The notes under the pieces are model-generated. The model was not told the DNA's origin. It saw only the letters and a list, made by a program, of their open reading frames with translations, and ran no database searches. The position numbers and the translations under genes were made by a program. Below, piece after piece: positions 26,489-40,420 of a stretch of DNA of 64,000 nt. Source of the DNA: Felis catus (Eukaryota). The DNA lies in the NCBI RefSeq assembly GCF_018350175.1, contig NC_058368.1, positions 145,578,001 to 145,642,000 of the forward strand, given 5' to 3'. Position 1 is the stretch's first letter. Each line of letters starts with the position of its first letter.

Positions 26489-26915
26489 CAAACAAGTTTT
26501 TCTTCTATGTCTCAATTTGCCAGGCATACACTTCCACTCAATCATCTAGTGCCTTTCTTGCTGTCAAACAGAATTACAACACGGATCGTGAACCTTTAGA
26601 TACTCAAACACCAGAGCAGGGAGCAACTTGAAGGCGTTTATCATACTGGGTCCCCAGGGAGATGGATCTCAGAAAGTACACTGCTAGGGTTTCCCGACAT
26701 GATTCCTGCTTTAAGTGCAGTTAGTTTTTGAAGCCCTCTCTCTATACAGGAAAACTGTACATTTATTCCATAGAGAGTAGAAAAAACTATGAATCCCATT
26801 TACTGTAGAGAATCCTGAATTAATGGTATTCCCATTCTCCTTAAATGGAAAAGTACACACTGCATCTCTGTACTAAAGAAAATAAGACACAAAACACATT
26901 TTTGGTATATGAAAA

Positions 26916-26921
26916 TTTATT
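26916..26921 (-). terminator. RPS23: RPS23 polyadenylation signal AATAAA
   Basis: tttatt on plus strand, 22 nt past the stop; GT/T-rich sequence follows on the minus strand. Confidence 0.85.
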
Positions 26922-26943
26922 GTCACGTTTTCATCATCAAAAC

Positions 26944-27419
<476 letters not shown>

Positions 27420-27957
27420 TTATGCTCTTTCCACCTAGTCGGTCTAATCCTAAATTGGTTAACTCCTGTGATTTCAACCAAGCTTTCCCTCAGGGAAAAT
27501 CTCTGGGCCCTTACCAGTTGTAAAAAATATGAATCAAAAATAAGAGATACAAAGACTACTGACTGGCAGTGCATTGATTAGTGCCTTAAAAATTATCATT
27601 TTGTAAAGTCAACCTTCATGCAGCTCAACCTCAGATTTGCAACCTCAGGCAAGAAACTTCTCTTTACCTTAATTGTCCCAACTAGAAAGATGTGATTGCT
27701 AAGAATAAAATGGGTAGTGGCAATTTCTTAAGACAGCTCGTCCCTTCATTGTTACTACCCACCCCCCTCCAATGCCATCCCTAAGAGATTCAAAACCCTT
27801 AGTTACCTAACCCCTAAGCCCTAAGCTACCAACTTCCAGACAAATATTCTACCCAAACACTTTAGAATTTGTATCTAAAATTAACAACTCAAGATGTATT
27901 TGGTTCGCGTTACCATAATAAAAGAAACCTTGAAGAAAAAGTGTGGACTTTCACTTA

Positions 27958-28125
<168 letters not shown>

Positions 28126-28568
28126 TCAAAATCCTATGAGTTCTTCCGCAAGCACTCCAGTTATTTTACATCTTCTAAAACCCTAGCCTCACCTGGACTA
28201 CAAGCCAATAGGCTCTTTCATTACAATGTAGCACATGGTCTAAACCTCAACCTCAAAGGATCCCTCGGACCAACAAAGGGTGAACGCAAGTACTCCGATT
28301 GGTGCGTTTTCCCAAAGGAATGAGCCCCTTGTCAAGTTCCAGAGCGGCACCGGCTACCCAACGCCGGTCGGTAAGGCGAGCTCCGCGAGCTCCGCGCCGC
28401 AGGGGCTCCTTCCGCACCTGGCCATGTGCCTGCCACAGCGGCGCTTTCCCGGCCTTCCCCAGCGGGCCTTCCGGTAGCGTCCTCACCGTTCTGTCTCTAT
28501 TCTCCCGCCCGCCCCCGAGCCCCCGAGTTCAGCTTGCAGGCCCCTCAGCCCAAACCCGGACAGCTCAC

Positions 28569-28572
28569 CCAT
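28569..28572 (-). CDS. RPS23: RPS23 exon 1 coding part (ATG G)
   Basis: Minus strand ...gctggcaggATGG|gtgagctg, preceded by a short pyrimidine-initiated 5'UTR. Confidence 0.95.
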
Positions 28573-28592
28573 CCTGCCAGCACCACGGGCCC

Positions 28593-28609
28593 GAGCAAAA
28601 GAAGGAAGG
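28593..28609 (-). promoter_or_regulatory. RPS23: 5'TOP / TCT-type initiator of RPS23
   Basis: Minus strand ccttccttcttttgctc about 20-37 nt upstream of the ATG, typical of ribosomal protein genes. Confidence 0.8.
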
Positions 28610-29383
28610 CGCACAGGAAGGAGCCACAAGCCACTGCGAACAAGCTCCGCCCAGCCAAGGACCCAAGCAACTGTCTGCGCGGTGCCTGATCCGAAGCTGG
28701 CACCCCTTGAAAATGACAAGTTTGCACCACTTTCCAGAATCTGAGTTTTATTCAGTTTGTGGGAAATTCTGAACCACCTAACTTGCATTGCTGTTTATTT
28801 CGTTTTATGTCAAGGCTGGAGACAGAAGGAAAGTGGACTACCAATCCCAGAACTCTTTGCATGGAGACTCCCTGGAGGCGCCGGCGCTCTTGGCAAACCC
28901 AGGAAGGGGCGGGATTTAGTGGAGTTGAGTCGGACTAAAGGGAGGTACCTGGTTTGTGGCTGTTTGTGGTAGAGTGGAGGACTTAACGCTTGTAGTTTGG
29001 AAAGTTAGATCTCTGAGCTTTAAACCCTACTCAAGCAGCATCGTAAATTGGAAAAAAAAAAAATCAGTGAAGCCATGTATTGTAAAACCGACATTTGGAA
29101 GTAGACCAAGCCTTAAAACAAAACCTGTCACTTAACTGATGCCATTTTAGGTGATTCATTTAACTTTTTAAACTTAAGGTTCTCCTGTAGAATGAAATAG
29201 ATTTGAGAGATCTCTGGGATGTTGGTTCATTAGACAACTATTCTTAAAGTTGTTTTCTTCGTGCCAGGCATTAGTACAGGAGAGTTATCTGTTCTTAAAA
29301 AAATTATTTTCTAGGTACAAGAAGGCAGAAATAATATTTAAGTGTATTTAAAGATAAATGGGAAAGTATTTTTTGCAGTTTAT

Positions 29384-29578
29384 TATTTTTTTGAGAGAGT
29401 TTTTGAGAGAGAGAGGGAGAGATGCGGGAGAGGAGCAGAGGGAGAGAGAGTGAATCCCAACCAGGCTCCGTGCTGTGAGCCGGAAGCCCCCACCACCATC
29501 GTGATACTAGGAATCCTTAGATCGTTGCCTGAGCCCAAATAGTCAGGTGCTTAAACGACTGAGCCACCCAGGCACTCC
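29384..29578 (-). mobile_element. CAN-SINE
   Basis: (ga)n...caggctccgtgctgt...cgactgagccacccaggcactcc. Confidence 0.8.
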
Positions 29579-29599
29579 TAAGTGGGAAAGTTTTAAATA

Positions 29600-31200
29600 C
29601 TGATAAGTGTTCTAGAGGATATAAAGTTCGTCAGGTGGTGGTGACTTGGGGATGGGGGTGGCTACTCTGGAATGGGTTTAAGAAGCCATCTCTGTGGACA
29701 TTACATGTGAACTGAGATCCTAAAGAAAAGGAACCAGTTAGACAAAGTATATGGGGTGGAGCATTCAGGAAAAGGGGCTCTCAATGAGGAGAATGAGAGG
29801 GGGCACTTTTTCAGAACTGAAGAATCAAGGAGGGGGAACTCAGTGAGTGAGGACTAGTGTGGCGCTGGATGAGGTCTAAGGTGCACAGGAAATTGTGAAG
29901 CCTGTAGATCCTGGTAAAGGCTTTGTTTACTCTTTGTGTGACTGAATGCCATTGAAAAGTTTTGAGCAGGGGAGTAATGATAGGATATTACAGGTTTGAT
30001 CCTATAAAAATATAGGATCACTTATAAAAAAAACTGTAAGAGATGAATCTGTGAGACCATTTGGGAGGGTGTTATAATAGTCCAGTTGAGACATGTAATG
30101 ATAGCTTGGACTGTCAGTGAAGGTGGTAAAAAGTGTTGGATTTGATACACTGATGGTTGAGCCGGCGAGATTTGCTGAAGACTGTAGGATGTCAGAGAGG
30201 AATTATGATTTTCAACCTGAGCAACTGGGTGATTTGTGGTGTTCTTTATTAAGTGGGATATTTTGGGAGAGGAACAGATTTAGAAGGGGAAATTAAGAGT
30301 TCAGTTATCGATGTGTCAGTTTGAGATGCCTTTTGGACCTCTAGGTAGGTATGGGAGGTAGGTAGTTGGATATATGTGGGGGAGTTCAAGGGAATTATCA
30401 GTGAGTGAATAGACAGTATTGAAAGCCATAGCCGTAAGTATTATCACTTAGGGAATGACTGTAGTTAGAACAGAGAAAGGTTGGAGACCTGAGCCTTGGG
30501 CACATTAAAACTTAGGATACAAAAGGGAGGTGAAGCAAAATAGCCTCAAGAGTGGCCGATTCTGTACTCTCATCAAAGCCAAGTTAAGTAGAAGTGAGCA
30601 AGTGTGAAAGGAAAGTAAGATGAGGACTGAGAATTGTCATGCATTTGGCAATGTGGAGGATTTTAGTGATTTTGTTAAGTGGGGTTCCCATGGAGTTGCA
30701 AAGATGTAAGCCTGATCTGGATTGGAGCCAAGACAATACGGGAAATAAAATAGTGTAGACAGAAGTTATTGACATATTTTTGGAGAGCATATTTCTATAA
30801 TGTGCAGAGAAAAGGGGTTCTGTCTGGAGGAGGATGTGGAGTGAGGATGAGTTTGTTTAAGATGGCAGACTGTATGACATTTTTGTAGGAGATTGTTCCA
30901 ATAGAGAAGAAAAATGGATAGTTCATTAGAGAAAGGGGATAATTGCATGAACAAGTCCTTGGGGAAACTAGAAGGGTCCCCAAGTGGAGGAATTGACCTT
31001 AGGAATAATAACAATTTATCTATAGTAACAGAGAAGGCAGACTATAGGGGTACCACTACAAGTAAATTGGAAGATTTGTTGGTGGGAAAATGTGGAACTT
31101 CTCTTTTGATTGCTGTTTCCTTAATGAAACCAGTAAGGTCATCAGTACAGAGAAAGAGTAGGGAAAAGACATTAGAGGAGAGAGGATAGAGTATGAAATC
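29600..31200 (-). mobile_element. LINE-2 remnant
   Basis: Purine-rich L2 antisense texture (tttgagcaggggagtaatgatag; cctgagcaactggg; gcatttggcaatgtggagg). Confidence 0.65.
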
Positions 31201-31339
31201 ATCATCTAGAATAACACTACTAGGATTAAATAATGCTATGTGCCACATACTGTTTTAGGTGACTTATATTTATTAACTTACTTAATTCTAATAACACTAA
31301 AATGTAAACACTTATTATACCTGTTATACTGAGGGATAG

Positions 31340-31826
31340 TGCCTTAGTCATTTCAGGCTACTATAATGAAATACTATAGGCTGAGTGACTTATAAAATAA
31401 CAGAAATATATTTCTTACAGTTCTGGAGATTGGGAAGTCCAAGATAAAGGTGCTGGCAGATTTGGTATCTAAAGAAATACTATAGACTGGGTGGCTTATA
31501 AATGACAGAAATTCATTTCTTACAGTTTTGGAGATTGGGAAATCCAAGATCAAGATGCTGGCAGATTTGATATCTAGTGAGAGCTCATTTCTTGATCCAT
31601 CCCTTTTTAATATAACCTCAGATAGCAGAAGGGCGAATGTAGCTCTCGGGGCGGGGAGGTCTGTTTTATTTATTTGCATATTTTTTCCAGTTTTATTGAG
31701 ATATAATTGACATATGGGGGTCCTTTTATAAGGGCCTTAATCTCATTCATGAAGACTCCACCCTTATGACCTAATCAGCTCCCAAACAACCCATCTACTA
31801 ATAACATCACACTGGGGATTAGGTTT
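31340..31826 (-). mobile_element. MaLR (MLT1-type) LTR with an internal ~105 bp tandem duplication
   Basis: The unit gaaatactatag..ctg.gtg.cttataaa...ttcttacagtt.tggagattgggaa.tccaagat.aag.tgctggcagatttg occurs twice (about 31369 and 31473). Confidence 0.75.
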
Positions 31827-32009
31827 TGTGTTTTCTTCACACTCAATATGGTGACTTAGTAGGTTGAGAGCTGGGTAATAGGACTGGGAGTGTGGTCTAG
31901 TCAGGTGAATGTGACAGAGGAAGGGCAAAGGAGTTCAGAGTGGTTGCAAGGCAAGGATCATAGTGAACCATTAGATTGAAGCTGGAAGAGTTAAGAGCTA
32001 GGAATAGTC

Positions 32010-33590
32010 AGAACACCTCTGAAGACCTGGCCCTACCAGATACGAGAATTTTCTATGAAGTTACATAAGATAGTGTAGTTTTAGTACAGAAGTAGATAAA
32101 TTGACCAATGAACAGAATAGAGAGGCCAGCAAGAGACTCCTATATATAGAATATTATTAAATAACAGAACTAGATGTCAGATCAATGTATAAAGGAAGGA
32201 CTGGTGGAGTTGCACAAAAACTGGTTACTTACATTAAATTAGATCACCATGTCAGGCTGAAAACAAAAATCACCCCCAGACAGATTGAGGGCCTACATGT
32301 CAACAACAAATTTTTTAATTTCTTCATAGGTAACAAAGGTGAATATCTTCATGAACTACGCAGGATAAGAAGAAATGAATGGCTAATTTGACCATATTAA
32401 GAAACTGTGCTCCACAAAAACACCTGAAAGAAAGCAAAAAAAAGTTACAAATTGAATTGATATTTACAGGAAGTGCTCATCTAAAGTTGGGATGCTCTGT
32501 ACCTGAAGGTTTAGTAAAACATGCTGCAAAGCCATCTGGATGTGGTGTTTCCTTTGTGGGAAGATATTAAATACAGACTAAATTGCTTTAATAATTAATG
32601 AACCATTCATAGAACTGCAATTTCTTCTTGATTCATATCTGGTAAGTCAGTTTTCTAAGAGTTTGTCTATTTCATCTCAGTTTTAATAATTACTACGTAA
32701 AGCTGTGCAGACTTTCTATTACGCATTAACATAAGAATGTTATAAAAATATATGTTGTTGGGAGGTTTTCATTAGGAAATATAATACTATATGGGTTATT
32801 TCTTTTTGAGTGAGTTTTGGTTGTGTACCTTTCAAGGAAATTGTTCATTTTGTCTTAGTTGTCTAATGTATGGCCATAAAGTTGTTAGTAATATTCCTTT
32901 ATAATTCTTTTAATATCTGTAGATGCGTAGTGATGTCTCATCTTCCATTCCTGACACTGGTAGCTGTGTCTTCCCGCTCCATTTTTGGTCAGATAAAAGT
33001 TTTTTAATCTTGTTAATCTGTTCAAAGAACCAGCTTTTGCTTTAACTGATTTTCTGTTTCTCTGTTTTTAATTTCATTGGTTTCTGGTCTTGTCTGTATT
33101 GTTTACTTTCTTCTGCTTGCTTTGGATTTAAATTTGCTCTTCTTTTTCCAGTTTTTTCAAAGTGAAAGCTTAAGTCATTGATTTGAGACTTTTGTTCTTT
33201 TCTATATATTTAATGCTGTAAATATCTAAGCACTGCTTGATGCATGCCTTGAGTTTTGATAGGTTACATTCTAGTTTTAATTCAATTCAAAACATTTACT
33301 AATTTTGAACAATGGATTATTTAGAATTATGTTTCTTAATTTCCAGATATGTGGAGATTTTCCAAATATCTGTGTTGCTCATTTCTAGCTTAATTCCATT
33401 ATGGTCTAAGAACTTTAACAAAATTTTTGTTGTAGTTTGCTTTATAGCCCAGAATATAATCACTCTTGGTGAATTTTTCATATACCCTTGAAAAAAAAGC
33501 ATTTTCTGCTGATGTTGGGAAAAATGTTTTATAAATGTTCATTGGCCCAAAGTGGTTGATAGTGCTGTTCAGGTCTTCTGTGTTCTGTAT
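32010..33590. mobile_element. Old L1 ORF2 fragments in opposite orientations (about 32010-32470 +, 32470-33590 -)
   Basis: A-rich then T-rich L1 ORF2-like sequence (DHNGIKLE motif on the minus strand). Confidence 0.65.
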
Positions 33591-36532
33591 TCAGGGTGAT
33601 AATAGTGATGAGAGGTGAGGGCAGATGTGGGAAGGTCATAGTTGGATGTTGGGTTATGGTTTATTTTTGGTATTGTGTTTAATTATTATATTATTATGAA
33701 AAGCAAATAACAAGGCATGAACCAATGGTCAGAGTGTGTTATGAATGAAAGCTTTTGATTACTATAGCTAAGAGAAGAAAAAAAAATGATTTAATTTTTG
33801 TTTTTGGAGCTTTGAGTTTTTCATTTTCTGATAAAGAAAGAGCTTATTACTTAATTTGAAGCCTGGAAATGGAAAGAATTTTCCTCAACCTTGGGCCTAA
33901 ATTTCTTAAAAAGGCCCCCTGAAAAAGAATCAGCTTGAGGAATTAGAGGGAAAGAAAGAAGGCTACTATGGCTGAAGCATAGACAGTCAGCAGGATAATA
34001 GAGGAAGATGAGGTTAGAGAGTTGGACAGGGCCAGCTCAAGTCCAACTTGTAGGCCCTGATAAGGAGTTTGGACTTTATTCTGGGTACAATGAGAAGCCA
34101 TTGGAGGGCTTCAAGTAAGAGAGTTACAAGATCTGATCTACTTTTTAAAAAAACCACTGTGCTTGCTATGGAAGGGCACTATGAAGGGGCAAGAGAGGAG
34201 TCGGTTTATCCAAGGAGGGGGATGATGAAATAGCACAGATAAGAGATTGTAGGAAATAGCATTGGAGATGAGAAGATTTCATAAAATTCTGAATATAATT
34301 TGGACTTAAACAAATTGAGTGAATTTGAATTGAGTGAAATCATGACATCACCACCACCACCATCTCTAATAGGTATTGAGCACTATTTAGGTGCCAGGCA
34401 TAGGACTTCACATGCCTAATTTGTTTTAATCTTCAAAACAACACCTGTGTGGTAAGTGTTATTAACACCATTTTACAAAGAGGAAATTAAGACTTAAGTT
34501 AACTATAGCATGTTTGTTGGTTTTCAGATTAGTTATAAAGTAAAATTTTGACTTTTAAGTAGTTCAGAAAAAATTTTAATGCATGTTAAGTAAATAAGGC
34601 ACACAATGGTGAAAAACAATTTTCTAGCCAGCAAAATATCAGGAAAAATAAGAGGTGCAATTCTTAAGATTACAGTATTCTTATAAATTGCAACCTGCTA
34701 TCTGTAGGTTACCAGAGGTATGTGCAAACTGATAGGCACTTTGTTGTGAAAGAATGGTGTTTAGTAGTTCTTGAAATGTTGGGGGAGTAGGGCAAGAAAA
34801 AGAGTAAGTATTTCCCTTTTCTAGTATTCCCTTCCAAGTAGAAGGAGTTAAGTTAATGTAACTCCTTATTTCTCTGCCAGTTTACTCATTCCATGCCAGC
34901 TAAGGATGACATCTGTGGTTAATTAGGAAAAATAGTCTGGGTATGTTCAGCCCTTCTTTCCTTTTTGAGACCCAGCCTCCCCTTGGAATAGACCTTTCCC
35001 ATTTCTTCTGCACCAACCCTCTCTTCCCTGTTGAGAACCCACTGCTGACATGACAGGCAGTCATATCTGGCTTCTGTGGGGAGGGGTTCAGTTTCAGTTA
35101 ATTTTGCTCCTGCACTAAATTTTGGCATCTTGGCCTTTCACAGTAATGAAGGTGGCATTTTGGTCTCCATTTGTCTTACCCCTTGTTTTATTTCTCAGCT
35201 GGTGTAGCAGTCAGGTGGGGCAGAAAGATATCATTATTTGACTTATCTCAGAGTCCCTCCACCCTCCCAACTAAGAAAAAAGATTGGTCTTCAAAAATTA
35301 GATCAGTTGATGAGGTTTATTTAGGTCAAGGGTGATGCTGATTCTTTGTACCATATGAGAGAGAAGTTGGCTTTTTAGGAAGAGCAGCCAAGGGTTTTAA
35401 CAATATATTGGAGCATTTAGGATAGTTAGAAATGATTCCAAGTGTTTTAACTATAAAAATTGAGGTATTAGTTGCTATGGAAATGTGACAAGTTGAAATA
35501 ACAGCTTTAAGTGAGAAAGAAGAAGCAGTAAGAATAAGACCAATGATTACTTGCTCTGTGTAACTACTAGTGATGAATGTTGAGTGCTTCATTTTTCCTG
35601 ATTAAATTATTAAATGCAATTTTTCTCTTATCCAAAATGAATGAGATTTCTTATCCTCTCATTCTAACTACTTTTGGTACAGGGAATATTTCTTCTCCTA
35701 TCTATTTCAAGGTGGAACTAAAGAAAGATGTGTGTGTTATCATATAATCTTAACAGTAATCAGTCCTGGTCTTTAAAATCTTGTTACTATAATTAAACCT
35801 CTGGGTAAGATCTAGGGGGAATTGACAACACTGCTCTTTGATGTCCTTTGTGAAGTTCCTGGAAGGGAGTTATTTTACTATGTTATTGGAAGTTATTCCC
35901 CAGGTATTCTCTAACTTGGCTGAGAACAAAACAAAAGAAAATAGACTTTGATTTCAGCAGAGACCTTTGAGTTGTAAGAAACGTTAAAGGATCATTTCTC
36001 TCACTAGGAAAAGAAAGATAATTTCTTTCACTCATTAGAATATTAAGTTTTAGAATCTCATTCCCTGGAGAGGTTTAAAGAGTCTGGCAGGTGGGCCAGA
36101 TCTGTGTTCTCTGTGAGTTCAGTGAAGACCAGTTGATCTTTGGTGATGGGGAGTCATCAGAGATTACTCTTCAGCTTCGCATTCCCCAGTAAAATGAAAT
36201 TTCATTAGGACTATTTCTAGATTACTTAAGTGTAATATATAAGTTATTATAATATAAATACAAAAACTCCTATAAAAGTAAATGTGCATTTTATATCACT
36301 AAGACTTTATTGCTTAAAGGACTTTAAATAAGATAAAACAGGATTCCCCACCACCACCCCTTAAACTGAAAGAACAAATAACAAGAGAGAAAAAGGAGTG
36401 AGGAGCTAGAGGAAGGGAGGAAGAAAAGAAATGAGGGAAGAAAAGAAAAGGACAAGAGTAATTTTTCCACTGATACTACTTTTTGTTGGTTCTAGAAGTC
36501 CGTACTGATTGTTAAGAGCTTCTTTGTTCATT

Positions 36533-36576
36533 TGTATGTATGTATGTATGTATGTATGTATGTATGTATGTATGTA
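36533..36576. repeat. (TGTA)n microsatellite
   Basis: Direct reading; lies in the displaced SINE tail. Confidence 0.95.
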
Positions 36577-36581
36577 TTATT

Positions 36582-37436
36582 TGTGGGGGATAAGCATAGG
36601 AACCCCCAGGGCTTACACCAATGGGTTAACAAGGCGTAAAGAAATACAAAGCCATAAAATGCTCACACCCGAGTTTGGGAAAATCAGGTTGGCACCCCAA
36701 GAATAGGGGGATGTAAAGACACCCCGAGAATAGGGAGGCATAAAGTTTCTAGGAATAGGGAGGTGCAAAGGCACCCCAAAATAGAGAGGGGGTGCAGAGC
36801 CCCCAAAATAAAGAGGGAGAGGCAAAGGCCTTAAATAGAAACCATGCAAAGGTGCCCAATACATAGGTATATGAAATAAACAAGATTAGATATTCAGGGT
36901 GGAAGCACCCCCAGTTTAGTACTATAGCAGAAAAGCTGCTTTCACAGACAGTAGGGCCAGGTTAGGTAAATTGGTGAATTAGACTATGGACCACTATGCT
37001 GCAGGCAAAGCAGCCCAGAGTGGAGATGGTTAACAAAAGAAAAGGTGCCTTATCAACCCTGAGGTTACTCCCCTATCTGTCTCATCCTCTAGGCGAGCTA
37101 AGATAAACAGAGCTGCTGCCTCATGTCCACTGTAAACAACCTTCCTCCTGACTGCCCAGCTCCCGGAGTTTGTTTGGTATTAACCTAAACCCCTAACCAC
37201 AAATATCCTCAAGACTCCCTTTCCCTCATGTCCACAAATTAATGATCACAGATTCATTATCCCTTTGTGCACATCCATCGCCCTGTTTGTAAGCCTTCTG
37301 ATCCTAATAAAAACAGGCAAAGGACCCTTATTGGGTGCTCTTGTCTTTTCCCGGACATTAGCCATCTCTCGCTTTCAATCCTGCGTCCCACTCTTTTGCT
37401 AGACAAAAAAGAACTTTAGACTTAGAGTCTATGACA
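36582..37436 (+). mobile_element. ERV solo LTR
   Basis: TG...CA termini, internal degenerate repeats (cacccc(a/g)a(g/a)aatag), AATAAA near 37306 followed by a U5-like region. Confidence 0.75.
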
Positions 37437-37451
37437 GTTATTTATTTATTT

Positions 37452-37489
<38 letters not shown>

Positions 37490-37644
37490 ACCCAAGCAGG
37501 GGAGAGTCAGAGAGATAGGGAGAGAGAATCTCAAGCTGACAGTAAGGACCCCACCTCGAAGCTCCATCTCACAAACCATGAGATCATGACCTGAGCCGAT
37601 ATCAAGAGTCAGATGCTTAACTGACTGAGCCACCCGGGTGCCAC
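37437..37644 (-). mobile_element. CAN-SINE whose tail is split by the LTR at 36582-37436
   Basis: SINE body with (ag)n; TSD tactgatt(g/a)ttaaga at 36503 and 37651. Confidence 0.85.
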
Positions 37645-39799
37645 AGCCATTACTGATTATTAAGATAACGCAAATGAATGAATCTGAAACCAGTTCATAG
37701 ATATGGTCTTTTTCATTTTTAAAGGATTTTTTATTAAATTTATTGAAACTAAAAAATCCAAACAACACAGTTTACCCATTTTCCCCATCCTCCACTACCC
37801 ATTGCCCCTTGCAATCACTAATCTGTTCTCTGTATCTATGAACTCGGTTGTTTTGTGTTTTAGATTCCATATACATTTGTCTTTCTATGACTTATTTCAC
37901 TTAGCTTAATGCCCTTGAGGTCTATCCCTGTTTCTGCAAATGTAAAGATTTCACTATTTTTTGTGGCTATATAATATTCCATATAAATATGCCATATTTT
38001 CTTTATCCATTTATCCATCATAGTTAAAAACCTTCCATCAACAAATATATATAAACATAGAGAGATGTGTGTATTAAAGCAGATGCCTGCCCCTCACGTC
38101 AAGGTTTTAATATAAGCAGGTGAGCCTCCTTCATTTTAAGTTCGGAGGTGATCAGCTGCCTCTGAGTTGGGGGCCCTGAAGTGAGTCAGTCCAAGTGAGA
38201 GGGCCGTTTAATAAGAGACATTTCTTAGATCACTGCTGTCTTGTGGGTCTCAAATAGGAACCCTGTTGGTTTTCAAAATTAGATGTTTTGGGGGCTCATC
38301 TCTCAGGTACATATCTTAAAAGTTGAGGTGTCTGATGTGGACTTTGAACTCTTTACCACTCAGGAGGAAGCTCTGGGTTTGAGTTCCCTCCTGATTGTGG
38401 GTTGCCACACCTGTGGTAGGGTTTATGGTGAAATTGTGTCCCAGATTTTCCTACGCACTTTGATTTGGTTTTCTTTTCATTTGCCTGACGTGTAACCATG
38501 ACTCAGCCAGGCTTTAGGTTTTTTAATAGGAAATTGTTTCATATGTAGTGGTACACTCAGCATGTCTGTGGGAGGAAAGAAGTTCAAGATCTTAGAATAT
38601 TACCATCTTAACGAGAACCCCACCATGGGTATCATTTTTCATAGTATGGAATAATGCGCTTATGTGCCAGTGAATATCTAAAATTTACTCAGATAGGTTT
38701 TCAGTTAAAATTTATAAATTTATATTAACTAATTTAGCAGAAAACATTTTGGATTTGTACCAGGTGGTTGTATACTATACTCTCTTAGAAACTAACTGTG
38801 CTGGTTAATTTTTGTCCAAAGAATCTATTTTGTGCCTATTATAAATGATGGCCTGAAGTATATGGCAACATCAAAATGGCACATATTTTCAATATGAGTT
38901 TTACTTAGTGAATTAAAAGCCTATCTCTGTCAAGGTGGGTCCTGCATCTTCCTGGTGAGAGCATTTTTCAAGTGGTGGAGGCCTTCTCCTCCTTAGAACC
39001 CAGGTCTGTTAGGTCCTTCTTAACACTTAGACCTCCCTTCCTAGTCCATGCCTCTAATTATCACAGTAAATTTGGTACTTAGCAAACCCTTCCAATAAAG
39101 TTTCCTTTGCACTATAAGTAACGGAAACCCATTTCAAGCTGTGTTAAGACCAAAAGCCAAGTTATTGGGAGGACACTGGGATAACTCACACACTTCAGCA
39201 CCAAGAGATACACACTGACCTCATAGGAAAGTAGAGTCAAGAACTGGAAAGCTGCTTCAGCTTTTCAAAAGAGTTATGTCTCATCTCTTGTCTCTAGTCT
39301 ATTAAATAACTGCCTTCCTCCAGTCCTTATCAGCCATTGCCTGGAGTGGAGTTGTGGCCAATATCAGTGGACGTCATTGGTTTGCTATGTGAAGCATCCC
39401 TACGGTGTTTACTCCAGCAATTATTTGTTTACATTTCTGCACATCACTGAGCTACTAGTCTCATGGGGATCAGGACAGTGTCCTGTTCATCTTGTATTCC
39501 TGGCAGGTAGCATATGGCAATCAATATTTGTCTAATGGACAAGTTTATGAAAGAGCAGGACTATTGTTTCAGTGAAGCTTGAGATCCAAGAACAGAAATA
39601 TATGCCACTAATTTGGTATATCACTTATGTTCCAAGAAGTCAATGGGGAATCAAAAGTAAGACAAATTAACATTTTAAATCAAAAGCACTTATAAGTATT
39701 TCATTTACTAATCTGATTCTAATCAACTCAGAACTTGATTTGATGAAAATTAGTAGAAATCATGGCAACAGTTGGACTCTGAATTTAATGAAGAGTCTG

Positions 39800-39825
39800 G
39801 ATTAGTCTGGATTTTCCAGAAAAAT

Positions 39826-39875
<50 letters not shown>

Positions 39876-39982
39876 TATATGAATTTCATATATATATACA
39901 TATATATGTATATGAATAGAATGTATATATGTGTATGTATATATATGAAATTCATATATATGTGTATGTGTATATATATATA

Positions 39983-40036
<54 letters not shown>

Positions 40037-40420
40037 TAATCCTATACGTGATTTGTTATAGGAATTGGTTCGTGCAATTATGGAGGCTGAGATATCCCAA
40101 TATCTGTTGTCAGCAAGCTGGAGACCCAGGAGAGCCAATGGTATAGCTCCATTCCTAGGAAATGTGAAGGCAGGAGAACACTGAATTCTCTGCTCCAAGA
40201 CAAGTAGAGAAAGTAAAAACTCCCTTACTCCACGTTTTTATTTTACTCAGACCTTCAGTGGATTGGATGAGGCCCACTCACATTAGGGAAGGCAGTTCAC
40301 TCAGTCTACTGATACAAATATTAATCTCATTTAGAAACACTGTCAGAGACAAGGCCAGATAATGTTTAGCAAAATATTTGGGCATGTTGTATCCCAGTCA
40401 AGTTGACATGTATTAACCAT
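39800..40420 (-). mobile_element. MLT2-type ERVL LTR containing a (TA)n/(TG)n expansion
   Basis: ggaattggttcgtgcaattatggaggctgag...gattggatgaggcccac...cccagtcaagttgaca. Confidence 0.75.
39827..40033. repeat. (TA)n/(CA)n/(TG)n compound repeat
   Basis: Direct reading. Confidence 0.95.

Larger units (their letters stand above)
28260..28950. promoter_or_regulatory. CpG island / promoter of RPS23 (possibly bidirectional)
   Basis: Only CpG-dense non-repeat segment in the window; GC box GGGGCGGGA near 28906; ZNF143/THAP11-like GGACTACCAATCCCAGAA at 28835-28852. Confidence 0.8.

Noticed and set aside
28253..28788. Several overlapping ORFs of up to 157 aa
   Set aside because: These reflect stop-codon depletion in the GC-rich RPS23 CpG island and intron 1.
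36613..36864. Spaced repeats resembling a CRISPR-like array
   Set aside because: They are degenerate internal repeats of an LTR U3 region in a mammalian genome, with irregular spacing and no cas genes.
39785..40198. IY-repeat ORFs
   Set aside because: These are translations of the (TA)n microsatellite.
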